Positions 55,530-64,000 of a stretch of DNA of 64,000 bases are shown piece after piece. The notes under the pieces are model-generated. The model did no database searches and had not been told where the DNA came from. It saw only the letters and a list, made by a program, of their open reading frames with translations. The stretch covers positions 6,754 through 70,753 of the forward strand of contig JAOAAV010000015.1 of the NCBI GenBank assembly GCA_026418715.1, read 5' to 3'. Each line of letters opens with the position of its first letter. The first letter of the stretch is position 1. Source of the DNA: Clostridia bacterium (GTDB lineage Bacteria > Bacillota > Clostridia > UBA1381). The translations under genes and the position numbers were made by a program.

Positions 55530-56927
55530 TCAGTCATATACGGGTATAATTTTCTTTATTTTTAAATCTTTTGTAGTTTCCCTTACCGCTCCTGTGAGTG
55601 CCCAATCGCTGGATGTAACATTTTTTAGGATATATTGTTCGTATTTTTCCGGAACATCGATATAAAGCTCTTTCAGGTGATGTATTGCTATTTCCTGCCG
55701 TTGTGCGGTTTCGTTAAGCTGACTCGCAATTTGCGCACATATTGCGGCATCTGCCTCGTGTATTTTTCTGTAACAGTCCGCCTGATAGCAATTTGCGGAT
55801 GCAAACAAAAAGGCAATGAAAAAAACTGCGGCAAATTTTACGAAATTATTTTTAAGAAGTACATCTCCCGCACAGTCTGCGATAAGTCCTAAACCGATAA
55901 GCGATGCGAAAGTGCATCTGTAGGGTATATATTCTGCTTTTATGAGTATATGCACCACATAAGATACTAAAAATAAGAATACACCCATACAGAATTTATA
56001 TCGTATTTTGTATGTTTTGTCAACTGTGAAAAATGTCGAACTTATACCTAAAATTGTGCATAAAACTGTGAAGAGGATGTGAAATCTGTTTTCTTTCAGC
56101 CCTTGATAGAATAAAATATTGCCGCTTTCCCACGTTCTGCCGATTGCTTTTGCTGTGCACATTATTTGAGAGAGTGTTATTTTTGTGGTAAAACTTGCCG
56201 AACGGCTTCCCAAACTGCCTGTTTTTGAGAAAATGATGTAATATATCCCGATAATTGCCCAGCTGATAAGGCATGATGCAACAAGCAAATTCTTTTTTTG
56301 CATCGGATATTTTGTGCAATTTGAAAAAGAGCGAGTCTTTACCATGTTGCAAACAATGATGTATGCAACGCACGCCGAGCCGACTGTTGCAGTCTGTTCG
56401 TAAAAGCAAAGACCCAAAAAGTTTGAAAAAGTAAACAGCCCAAAATAATGACGATCAGGCTTTGCCAAATAATGTGCAAGTGCCCAAACTGCGACGGAAA
56501 TAAAAAACATACTGACTACGATGCGGCTTGATGCGCTTATCCAATAAACTGCTTCAAAGCCCAGTGGGTGCAAAAGATAAATAACAAAAAAGAGTACACC
56601 TACGGATAAACCGATTTTTTGAAAAGCTGAATAAAACAAATATGCGCTTAAAAAATGCAGTACGGTAATGATAATAAGCGCAATAAACATATTTCCCCAA
56701 AACCTGCTCCAGATGAAAATGTCACAAATACCTGCAAGCGGTCGAACATTTAAGATGCCTATTCGCTTTATTACATCCTCATACAAATTGGGATAGTGGC
56801 TGTATGCCCAGTATTGAATATAATCATCCTGCAAGGGGCGGTAAAGCGTGCCGGCGGAAATGAATTTTGCGAAATTCAACGCAAACAGGAAAAGAAGAAA
56901 AAACAGCTTTTTATACATAAAAATCAC
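55530..56927 (-). CDS. Polytopic membrane protein, possible GT-C-fold glycosyltransferase/polymerase
   Basis: 465 aa with about 12 TM segments and an acidic DD pair (RPLQDDYIQYWAY) in the first predicted external loop. It lies 9 nt upstream of tagA in the same operon. The family is not recognised. Confidence 0.45.
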   Translation of the reverse strand: MIFMYKKLFFLLFLFALNFAKFISAGTLYRPLQDDYIQYWAYSHYPNLYEDVIKRIGILNVRPLAGICDIFIWSRFWGNMFIALIIITVLHFLSAYLFYSAFQKIGLSVGVLFFVIYLLHPLGFEAVYWISASSRIVVSMFFISVAVWALAHYLAKPDRHYFGLFTFSNFLGLCFYEQTATVGSACVAYIIVCNMVKTRSFSNCTKYPMQKKNLLVASCLISWAIIGIYYIIFSKTGSLGSRSASFTTKITLSQIMCTAKAIGRTWESGNILFYQGLKENRFHILFTVLCTILGISSTFFTVDKTYKIRYKFCMGVFLFLVSYVVHILIKAEYIPYRCTFASLIGLGLIADCAGDVLLKNNFVKFAAVFFIAFLFASANCYQADCYRKIHEADAAICAQIASQLNETAQRQEIAIHHLKELYIDVPEKYEQYILKNVTSSDWALTGAVRETTKDLKIKKIIPVYD

Positions 56928-56980
56928 CCTAAGCTTATTGTATGCAGTATTGCATACTAATAAACACCCACCGAATTTTT

Positions 56981-57046
56981 TGTCGATAAATTATCAATAT
57001 TCGCCACCTTTGTTTGACATTTTTTTAAAAAACAAAATAGTATAAT
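56981..57046 (+). promoter_or_regulatory. spoIIG-type promoter: two Spo0A boxes plus TTGACA / 21-nt spacer / TATAAT
   Basis: TGTCGAT (56981-87; 6/7 of TGNCGAA), TTCGCCA = reverse TGGCGAA (57000-06; 7/7), TTGACA (57014-19) and TATAAT (57041-46). Confidence 0.65.
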
Positions 57047-57068
57047 GGTAGACAAGGGAAGTGAAGAC

Positions 57069-57956
57069 ATGAAACCCGTTGTTTATGTTGATGTTTTGTT
57101 TGTAGTTAATTTGTTTATGAATTATATTGTGCTGTGGGCAGGAGCAAAGCTTATGCGGATTGACGCAAGACATTTTCGAGTGCTCATTTGCGCAATTTTC
57201 GGAGCATTATATGCGGTTTTTATGTTTTTTCCGAACCTTAGCTTCGCTTATTCCGCCGCTTCAAAACTTTTTTTTTCCGCTTCGCTTGCGGTGTTTGCAT
57301 ATCAGCCCAAGGGGAAGAGACGGATTATCCAAAGCATATTGGTATTTTATGGTGTAAATTTTGTTTTCGGCGGAATTATGTTTGCTCTGTTCTTTTTTAC
57401 AAACATGGGAAGCTATTTAGGCGCAATGGTTAGCAACGGCATTTTTTACTTTCACTTTTCAGTGAAGACACTGATATTTTCATCGGTGATTTCTTATATC
57501 GTTATCACGATATGCACACGCATTATAGGCGGAAGACAGGCAAGGAAATTGTGTGAGATTATGATAAGCCACAATGGTAGGAGCATATTTTTAAAAGCGA
57601 TGATTGATACGGGAAATGCCCTTGTGGAGCCTATAACGCATTTGCCTGTAATTGTGGCTGAGTTTCGTGCAATAAAAGAGATTCTGCCTTTGGAATTGTC
57701 AAATATGATTTCCGTCGGGGCTGCCGATATATCAACGCTGGATCCACTTTTTCAGAGCAATGTTCGAATGAAGCTTCGTATTATACCGTTTCACTCCTTG
57801 GGAAAGGAAAAAGGGATTATCATAGGTTTTAAACCCGATTGCATGAAGCTTATAGAGGAGAATAAGTACATAAAAGATGTCATAGTTGGAATATATGATG
57901 GGAAACTGTCGCCTAATGATGAATATAATGCGTTGCTGAATCCGTCAATATGTTAA
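57069..57956 (+). CDS. spoIIGA: Sigma-E processing peptidase SpoIIGA
   Basis: Membrane N-domain starting MKPVVYVDVLFVVNLFMNYIVL, plus the aspartic protease motif AMIDTGNALVEP. The ORF extends to 57045, but that ATG lies inside the -10 box. Confidence 0.9.
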   Translation: MKPVVYVDVLFVVNLFMNYIVLWAGAKLMRIDARHFRVLICAIFGALYAVFMFFPNLSFAYSAASKLFFSASLAVFAYQPKGKRRIIQSILVFYGVNFVFGGIMFALFFFTNMGSYLGAMVSNGIFYFHFSVKTLIFSSVISYIVITICTRIIGGRQARKLCEIMISHNGRSIFLKAMIDTGNALVEPITHLPVIVAEFRAIKEILPLELSNMISVGAADISTLDPLFQSNVRMKLRIIPFHSLGKEKGIIIGFKPDCMKLIEENKYIKDVIVGIYDGKLSPNDEYNALLNPSIC

Positions 57957-58018
57957 TTTTATCCTTGCGGTGATATTTTTAAATATCCTGTTTATTCAAG
58001 AAGAGGAGGAAGGAATCA

Positions 58019-58747
58019 ATGATTAGGTTACTAGAAAAATTAAGCGTTAAGTTGAGGATAAAAATAACAAGTATTTATATTGACTCGGATTTAGCCGACG
58101 AAATATTTTATATAGGCGGCAGTGACACATTGCCCCCGCCTCTGACGAAAGAGGAGGAAAACGAGCTGCTGCAAAGACTTTGCAATAATGATGACAGCGT
58201 GAAGGAAAAGCTGATTGAATGCAATTTAAGATTGGTTGTATATATTGCCAGAAAGTTTGAAAACACGGGAATATATGTTGAAGATCTAATTTCCATAGGT
58301 ACAATCGGGTTAATCAAAGCAATTAACACTTTTGATCCCCAAAAAAATATTAAGCTTGCAACGTATGCTTCCCGCTGTATTGAAAATGAAATCTTAATGC
58401 ATCTTAGAAAAAATTCAAACGCACGGAGCGAAATATCGATAGATGAACCGCTTAACGTCGATTGGGATGGAAATGAACTGCTGTTGTCTGACATTTTGGG
58501 TACCGACAACGATATTATTTACAGAAACATAGAAGATGAGGTGGATAAAAGCCTGCTTTATTCGGCGATGGAAAAACTGTCCGCAAGGGAGCAGAGAATC
58601 ATGGAGCTTAGGTTTGGACTTGGAAGCGGCAAAGAAAAAACGCAAAAGGAAGTCGCCGATATGTTGGGAATCTCACAATCATATATTTCAAGACTGGAGA
58701 AGAGAATCATCAGCAGGCTGAAAAAAGAAATTTCAAGAATGACATAG
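58019..58747 (+). CDS. sigE: Sporulation sigma factor SigE (pro-sigma-E)
   Basis: An N-terminal pro-sequence, then [17 protein letters not shown] and regions 2-4 ([32 protein letters not shown]). Confidence 0.95.
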   Translation: MIRLLEKLSVKLRIKITSIYIDSDLADEIFYIGGSDTLPPPLTKEEENELLQRLCNNDDSVKEKLIECNLRLVVYIARKFENTGIYVEDLISIGTIGLIKAINTFDPQKNIKLATYASRCIENEILMHLRKNSNARSEISIDEPLNVDWDGNELLLSDILGTDNDIIYRNIEDEVDKSLLYSAMEKLSAREQRIMELRFGLGSGKEKTQKEVADMLGISQSYISRLEKRIISRLKKEISRMT

Positions 58748-58807
58748 AAAGAATTTTTTAAGAAAATAAAACACCATCTTTTGGAAAAAGCTTTGACGGA
58801 TACCTCG

Positions 58808-58836
58808 GTATAAAAAATATACTCCGGGAAATATTA
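58808..58836 (+). promoter_or_regulatory. Forespore (sigma-F/G-type) promoter candidate for sigG
   Basis: GTATA (58808-12), a 14-nt spacer, then GGAAATATTA (58827-36). This fits the GYATA ... GGnnAnAHTR pattern as I recall it for B. subtilis sigma-F. Confidence 0.4.
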
Positions 58837-58921
58837 TAAATGACATAAGCTGTAACACGTCTGTACATAGACTGATTAAAATATTTTCAGTCAATACGCA
58901 AGGTTGTTGGAGGGTTACAGC

Positions 58922-59692
58922 ATGATGAACAAAGTCGAAATTTGCGGAGTGAATACGTCAAAACTTCCCACATTGACTAAAGCAGAGAAAATTGAATTGT
59001 TTGAGAAAATAAAAAAGGGGGATGCACAGGCAAGGGAACGTTTCGTGCACGGCAATTTGCGGTTGGTGCTTAGTGTAATACAAAGATTCAACAATAGAGG
59101 CGAAAATGTCGATGATCTATTTCAGGTAGGTTGCATAGGGCTCATTAAAGCAATCGACAATTTTGACTTGTCCCAAAATGTACAATTTTCAACATATGCA
59201 GTGCCTATGATTATAGGTGAAATACGAAGATATTTGCGTGACAACAATGCGATCAGAGTCAGCCGCTCCCTAAAGGATATCGCATACAAGGCATTATATG
59301 TAAAAGAAAAGCTTACTAATAAAAATTCCAAGGAACCGACGATAAGCGAGATTGCCAAAGAGCTTGATCTGCCGAAAGAAGATGTGGTTTTTGCTCTTGA
59401 TGCTATTGCGGATCCCGTATCTTTGTTTGAACCGGTTTACCACGACGGCGGAGAAGCGATTTTTGTTATGGACCAAGTCAAGGATGATAAAAACAGCGAT
59501 GAAAACTGGCTTGAGAGTATCGCATTAAATGAAGCTATGAAGCGTTTGGGAGAGAGGGAGAAGCATATTTTGAATCTGCGTTTTTACCAGGGCAGAACGC
59601 AAATGGAGGTTGCTGAAGAAATCGGAATAAGTCAGGCGCAGGTATCAAGACTTGAAAAGAGCGCATTGAAGCACATGAGAAAATTTATATAA
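58922..59692 (+). CDS. sigG: Sporulation sigma factor SigG
   Basis: MMNKVEICGVNTSKLPTLTKAEKIELF... and NLRLVLSVIQRFNNRGENVDDLFQVGCIGLIKAIDNFD. It sits immediately after sigE, as in Bacillus and Clostridium. Confidence 0.95.
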   Translation: MMNKVEICGVNTSKLPTLTKAEKIELFEKIKKGDAQARERFVHGNLRLVLSVIQRFNNRGENVDDLFQVGCIGLIKAIDNFDLSQNVQFSTYAVPMIIGEIRRYLRDNNAIRVSRSLKDIAYKALYVKEKLTNKNSKEPTISEIAKELDLPKEDVVFALDAIADPVSLFEPVYHDGGEAIFVMDQVKDDKNSDENWLESIALNEAMKRLGEREKHILNLRFYQGRTQMEVAEEIGISQAQVSRLEKSALKHMRKFI

Positions 59693-59799
59693 AATCTTTC
59701 AAAAGGGTATCCGTAGGGGCAAGCTTACAGATGCCTTTTTGAATAGTGAAGATAAAAAAAGCATATATTGTTATACAAACATTTTTAAGGAGTGGTACT

Positions 59800-60054
59800 A
59801 TGCTGAGAGCCTGCGACCTCAGACAAAAGGAGGTTATAAACATCTGTGATGCTTCAAGGCTTGGCTATGTGTATGATGTTGAAATTAATTTTGAAAACGG
59901 CAACATTGAAGCTATCATCGTACCTGGAAGGACTAATGTTTTGAGTATGTTCGGGAAAAGAAATGACTACGTCATTCCTTGGGATAAAATTGTAAGAGTG
60001 GGGGAGGATGTAGTTCTTGTACAGGTGCAGGATTTTATAAACAAAACATCTTGA
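59800..60054 (+). CDS. YlmC/YmxH-family sporulation protein (PRC-barrel)
   Basis: 84 aa with the pattern [46 protein letters not shown]. Confidence 0.8.
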   Translation: MLRACDLRQKEVINICDASRLGYVYDVEINFENGNIEAIIVPGRTNVLSMFGKRNDYVIPWDKIVRVGEDVVLVQVQDFINKTS

Positions 60055-60119
60055 AAAATGAGTGCTGTTCATATATAATAATACTCATCAAAAGGCAGAT
60101 TAAGGAAAGGCAGATTGAT

Positions 60120-60575
60120 ATGAGATGTCCTTATTGCGGGTTTATGGAAAGCAAGGTAATCGATTCACGTTCCACTGAAGAAGGAAGTGTAATCAGACGC
60201 CGCAGAGAATGTTTAAAATGTCAGAGGCGTTTTACTACATATGAAAAGTTGGAAACAATTTCTCTTGCGGTAATAAAAAAAGACAGCTCCCGCCAGCAGT
60301 ATGACAGAAACAAGGTGCTTGGGGGCATAATTCGTGCTTGTGAAAAAAGACCTGTTTCTCTTTCGCAGATGGAGCGAATTGTGGATGATATTGAGGCAGA
60401 GTTGTATCAATCCATGATAAAAGAGGTTGCAAGTTCAGATATTGGCGAGAGGGTTATGCAGCATTTAAAGAAATTGGACGAAGTGGCATATGTAAGGTTT
60501 GCGTCGGTATATAAGCGTTTTAACGATATTAATACATTTATGGAAGAGCTCAATGAATTGATAAAGGATAAGTAG
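60120..60575 (+). CDS. nrdR: Transcriptional repressor NrdR
   Basis: Zinc ribbon MRCPYCGF...[16 protein letters not shown] plus an ATP-cone. Confidence 0.95.
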   Translation: MRCPYCGFMESKVIDSRSTEEGSVIRRRRECLKCQRRFTTYEKLETISLAVIKKDSSRQQYDRNKVLGGIIRACEKRPVSLSQMERIVDDIEAELYQSMIKEVASSDIGERVMQHLKKLDEVAYVRFASVYKRFNDINTFMEELNELIKDK

Positions 60576-60634
60576 TGTAATAATGTGTTTAAAAAGGTGG
60601 AAGAAATTCGATATAACAAAAACGGGGGAATACT

Positions 60635-61993
60635 ATGGACAAGACAATAGCGGCAATATCCACACCTGTAGGGATTGGCGGAATTGCTGTTATAAGAGTC
60701 AGCGGGGAAGATGCCGTCGCAATTGCGGATAAAGTATACAGAGGAAAGAGCCGTTTGAAGGATGTGGGCAGCCACACAATTCATTATGGATATATTGTAG
60801 ATCAAAATGATGAAAAAATAGATGAGGTTTTAGTTTCGGTTATGTTGGCACCTAAAACCTTTACACGGGAAAATGTTGTCGAAATAAGTACTCATGGAGG
60901 GATCGCGGTATCAAGGCGCGTGATGGATGCTTTAATTAAAGCGGGAGCACGTCATGCAGAGCCGGGCGAATTTACCAAGCGTGCATTTTTAAACGGACGT
61001 ATAGATCTTTCGCAGGCGGAGGCCGTGATTGATATTATAAATTCTGTAAGTGAGCCATCAAGGAAGAATGCGCTTTCTCAGCTTGAGGGAACTTTATCAG
61101 GGAGCATTAATGCAGTAAGAGAGCGTCTTGTACATTTGGCGGCGGGAATGCAGGTTATTATAGATTACCCCGATGAGGATTTGGAAGATGTTACGCTGTC
61201 TGATATTGAAAACATTTCATCAGCTTGCTTGAATGATGTAAATAAGTTGATTTTGACCGCTGATAGCGGGAGAATCATAAGAAATGGAATTATGACTGCT
61301 ATTGTGGGAAAGCCTAATGTTGGCAAATCGTCGCTTTTGAATGCGCTTGCCATGGAAGACAGGTCGATTGTGACAGATATTGCGGGTACGACACGCGATG
61401 TTGTTGAAGAGTATGTCAATTTAGGCGATGTTCCTTTAAGACTTTTAGATACCGCAGGGATAAGGGAAACGGATGATGTGGTAGAGAAAATTGGTGTGGA
61501 AAAATCAAAGCGCAGTATTGACCTTGCAGATTTGGTCATCGTTGTGCTTGATGCCTCAAGTAAGCCGGATGAAAGCGACAGAGAAATTTTAAGGTCCACA
61601 GAAGGGAAAAAGCGTTTAATTTTGCTGAATAAATCGGATATAGGCGAAAATGATTATTCGGATTATACCAAAGATGAAAAGATTATAAAAATATCCGCAA
61701 AGACAGGCGAGGGACTGGGCGCCTTGAAAGCTGCAATTGAGGATATGTATAATTTGGGGCGGCTTAGTCAAAGCGATACGGTCATCGTTACCAATATGCG
61801 TCATAAGTCTGCACTTTTGCAGGCGGGACAGGCTCTTGAGCGTGTCATTGAAGCAGTGAGAATTGGCATGCCTTCGGATATTGCATCAATTGATTTGAAT
61901 ATTGCAATTGATGCGCTCGGAGAAATTACAGGAGCAACCGTGTCCGAGGACGTTGTAAATGAAATATTTCACAGTTTTTGTGTAGGCAAATAG
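60635..61993 (+). CDS. mnmE: tRNA modification GTPase MnmE
   Basis: TIAAISTP, the G-domain motifs GKPNVGKSSLLN and DTAGIR, and the C-terminal FCVGK. Confidence 0.95.
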   Translation: MDKTIAAISTPVGIGGIAVIRVSGEDAVAIADKVYRGKSRLKDVGSHTIHYGYIVDQNDEKIDEVLVSVMLAPKTFTRENVVEISTHGGIAVSRRVMDALIKAGARHAEPGEFTKRAFLNGRIDLSQAEAVIDIINSVSEPSRKNALSQLEGTLSGSINAVRERLVHLAAGMQVIIDYPDEDLEDVTLSDIENISSACLNDVNKLILTADSGRIIRNGIMTAIVGKPNVGKSSLLNALAMEDRSIVTDIAGTTRDVVEEYVNLGDVPLRLLDTAGIRETDDVVEKIGVEKSKRSIDLADLVIVVLDASSKPDESDREILRSTEGKKRLILLNKSDIGENDYSDYTKDEKIIKISAKTGEGLGALKAAIEDMYNLGRLSQSDTVIVTNMRHKSALLQAGQALERVIEAVRIGMPSDIASIDLNIAIDALGEITGATVSEDVVNEIFHSFCVGK

Positions 61994-62017
61994 GCAGTTT
62001 AAAACGGAGGAAATCTT

Positions 62018-62728
62018 GTGCGTTTGGATAAATATGTATCATTGTGTAAAAAAGCGACACGGAGCGAAACAAAAAAGTTCATAAGGCAGGGGAATATAAC
62101 TGTTAATGGTGTTGTTGCAAAAAAGAGCGATATGCAGGTTGATGAAAACTCGGTTTTAGTATGTATAAATGGTGAAGAACTGTCATACAGGAAATATATA
62201 TATCTTATGCTCAACAAACCCGCAGGCTATATAAGCGCAACTTATGATGCGCATCAAAAAACTATAATGGAACTGATTCCGGATGAGTATCTGCATTTTG
62301 AGCTTTTTCCTGTCGGACGCTTGGATATTGATACGGAAGGTCTTTTGATTTTAACGAATGATGGAAAGTTCGCTCATGATCTAACTTCGCCGAGAAAGCA
62401 CGTGTATAAAACATATTATGCGGAATTGGACAAACCTATGCAGCAGGGCGATATTGAGATTTTTAAAAAAGGAATAAAGCTTGATGCGGATTTTACAACT
62501 CTTCCTGCTGAATTGTATATAGATGAAAACCCTAAAAGGGTATATATAAAGATATGTGAGGGTAAATTTCATCAGGTAAAGCGTATGTGTGAAAGCGTCG
62601 GGAAAAAGGTTATGTATTTAAAACGCATCCGGATTGGCGGTTTGAGCCTTGACCCTGATTTGCCAAAAGGCGGTGTAAGGGAGCTTTCGGGAAAAGAATT
62701 AAGATTATTGACAAATAGCAATGAATAA
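62018..62728 (+). CDS. RsuA-family pseudouridine synthase with S4 domain
   Basis: RLDKYV... is the S4 domain, and the catalytic motif GRLDIDTEGLLILTNDG is present. GTG start behind GGAGGA. Confidence 0.85.
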   Translation: MRLDKYVSLCKKATRSETKKFIRQGNITVNGVVAKKSDMQVDENSVLVCINGEELSYRKYIYLMLNKPAGYISATYDAHQKTIMELIPDEYLHFELFPVGRLDIDTEGLLILTNDGKFAHDLTSPRKHVYKTYYAELDKPMQQGDIEIFKKGIKLDADFTTLPAELYIDENPKRVYIKICEGKFHQVKRMCESVGKKVMYLKRIRIGGLSLDPDLPKGGVRELSGKELRLLTNSNE

Positions 62729-62799
62729 AAATATGTACTTGTAAAAGTTTAGGAGATAGTATATAATTTTAAATAGGTTGTATGTCTGAATAATAGCTT

Positions 62800-63609
62800 G
62801 TGAATGCAGAAATGAGGTTTAAATTGACAAATACGATTGGATTTCCTGGTTTGAATTTATTTTTTAAAATAAACCGCATTGCCTTTTACATAGGAGAAAA
62901 GCCTGTTTATTGGTACGGAATCATTATCGCCATTGGTTTTTTGGCTGCGGTTGCGTTTGTTGCTTCAACCTGTGAGAAACAGGGAGTAAAAAGGGATAGT
63001 ATTTATGATATTGCCGTTTGGGGGCTTATATTTGGGGTTTTGGGAGCAAGGATTTATTATGTTATCTTTGACTTTGAGTCGATAAAAGGAAGCTTTTTAA
63101 ATTTCTTTAAAATATGGAACGGAGGAATTGCGATTTATGGCGGTATTATCGGAGCTTGTTTAAGCTCGTATATTTACTGCAGACGAAAAAAGCTTCACAC
63201 TTTGAAAGTGTTTGATGTATGTGCTCCGGGCCTTTTAATAGGTCAGATTATAGGTCGGTTCGGAAACTTTGTAAATGCCGAGGTTTATGGGAAAGAAACC
63301 TCCGTTTTGTGGAGAATGACGATTAACGGCGATTCGGGCGTTCATCCGTTGTTTTTGTATGAATCACTTTGGAATCTGTTGGGTCTTTTTGTTGTTTTAA
63401 CATATCGGAAAAAGACGGATGGAGAAATATTTTTCCTGTACATGTTATGGTATGCGCTGGGGAGAATATGGCTCGAGGGAATGAGGCAGCCTCAGTATAT
63501 TCTGTATCTTATTCCTGATAAATTGGGTATTTCCCAGTTGGTGTCGCTGATAGCGATTATATGTTCTGCCGTCGCAATTGTATTGTTAAGAAAAAAGAAT
63601 GCAAATTAA
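62800..63609 (+). CDS. lgt: Prolipoprotein diacylglyceryl transferase
   Basis: WYGIIIAIGF, GGIAIYGGIIG and GRFGNFVNAEVYG are Lgt signatures. The start codon is uncertain (GTG 62800 or ATG 62812). Confidence 0.9.
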   Translation: MNAEMRFKLTNTIGFPGLNLFFKINRIAFYIGEKPVYWYGIIIAIGFLAAVAFVASTCEKQGVKRDSIYDIAVWGLIFGVLGARIYYVIFDFESIKGSFLNFFKIWNGGIAIYGGIIGACLSSYIYCRRKKLHTLKVFDVCAPGLLIGQIIGRFGNFVNAEVYGKETSVLWRMTINGDSGVHPLFLYESLWNLLGLFVVLTYRKKTDGEIFFLYMLWYALGRIWLEGMRQPQYILYLIPDKLGISQLVSLIAIICSAVAIVLLRKKNAN

Positions 63610-63630
63610 ATAATTTGTATTTATTTTGGG

Positions 63631-63660
63631 AAAGTAAGAATTAATTTTCTTACTTTTTGT
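63631..63660 (+). terminator. Intrinsic terminator after lgt
   Basis: AAAGTAAGAA-ttaatt-TTCTTACTTT followed by TT. Confidence 0.7.
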
Positions 63661-63854
63661 GCTATTTGGGGGTTTTGTCGAAATAGGATGAAGCATGATT
63701 TTTTCTGTCACTTTTCAAGAAAATGAAGTGATATAGAAAAAGTTTGGAATAAATTTATTTTCTTTTATGAATATGGATTTTTTCAAATGGCAATTGTTTA
63801 GATAAAGCCTTGCCGAATACGCTATGTATTTTATCATGAAAGGTGGCTTTAAGG

Positions 63855-64000
63855 ATGGACAAAAGAGAAATCAGAAAATTAAAAAAGGAGTTTGAAAAAC
63901 TGATAAAAGAAAGAGGAGTGGACAATTTAAACGATGTTGAAATCGTTGAAAAAGGTTTAAGACTCGAGGAAGAAATGTATAGATATTCAAGAAAAAAAGA
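63855..64000 (+). CDS. Partial ORF, possibly a Spo0E-like sporulation regulatory phosphatase; runs off the right edge
   Basis: ATG behind AAAGGTGG. MDKREIRKLKKEFEKLIKERGVDNLNDVEIVEKGLRLEEEMYRY is a short helical-hairpin-like pattern reminiscent of the Spo0E family. The assignment is weak. Confidence 0.3.
   Translation, partial: MDKREIRKLKKEFEKLIKERGVDNLNDVEIVEKGLRLEEEMYRYSRKK

Noticed and set aside
1-64000. tRNA, rRNA, CRISPR arrays, prophage or defence islands.
   Set aside because: I found no cloverleaf-like GC-rich segments, no regularly spaced short repeats, and no phage or defence-type genes. Every gap larger than 150 bp was read on both strands.

Overview
This window reads as a low-GC chromosomal segment from a spore-forming Bacillota (Clostridia-type) genome, and it is almost entirely core genome. 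The left ~43 kb is transcribed mainly leftwards. It holds mnmG (partial), an aryl-pyruvate fermentation cluster (paaK-iorA-iorB-paaK-ACT with a Na+/solute symporter) and a small plus-strand spore island (tlp, SDR, an unknown gene translationally coupled to tgl). Then come ruvX, a UPF0182 protein, rnc-rSAM-smc-ftsY and the complete lipid operon fapR-plsX-fabH-fabK-fabD-fabG-acpP-fabF. Further along are a 1.2 kb cassette flanked by ~100 bp direct repeats, a stand-alone LytTR regulator with a DUF3021 membrane partner, an orphan HgdC-type activase with two DUF2229 proteins, an NCS2 purine permease, a SpoVB-like flippase and a gerA-type germinant receptor operon ordered A-C-B-B-D. The right ~20 kb is transcribed mainly rightwards: rdgB, acpS, nnr, alr, mazEF, tsaC-ywlE-rimI-tsaD, an FNT channel, thyX-tmk (minus), tagA plus a polytopic membrane protein (minus), spoIIGA-sigE-sigG, ymxH-like, nrdR, mnmE, an rsuA-family gene, lgt and a partial Spo0E-like ORF. 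I saw no rRNA, tRNA, CRISPR, transposase or integrase. I cannot point to an unambiguous new system. The best candidates for follow-up are: (1) the activase + 2xDUF2229 Fe-S cluster of unknown substrate; (2) a dispersed intergenic motif family (AGTTTAGATTTAT core, at least 5 copies); (3) the repeat-flanked 1.2 kb cassette next to the LytTR/DUF3021 pair; (4) a perfect 20-bp hairpin in the rnc leader; (5) the unknown tgl partner; (6) the duplicated B subunit plus small D-type ORF in the ger operon. All functional calls rest on my recognition of protein motifs and synteny. No database search was run.
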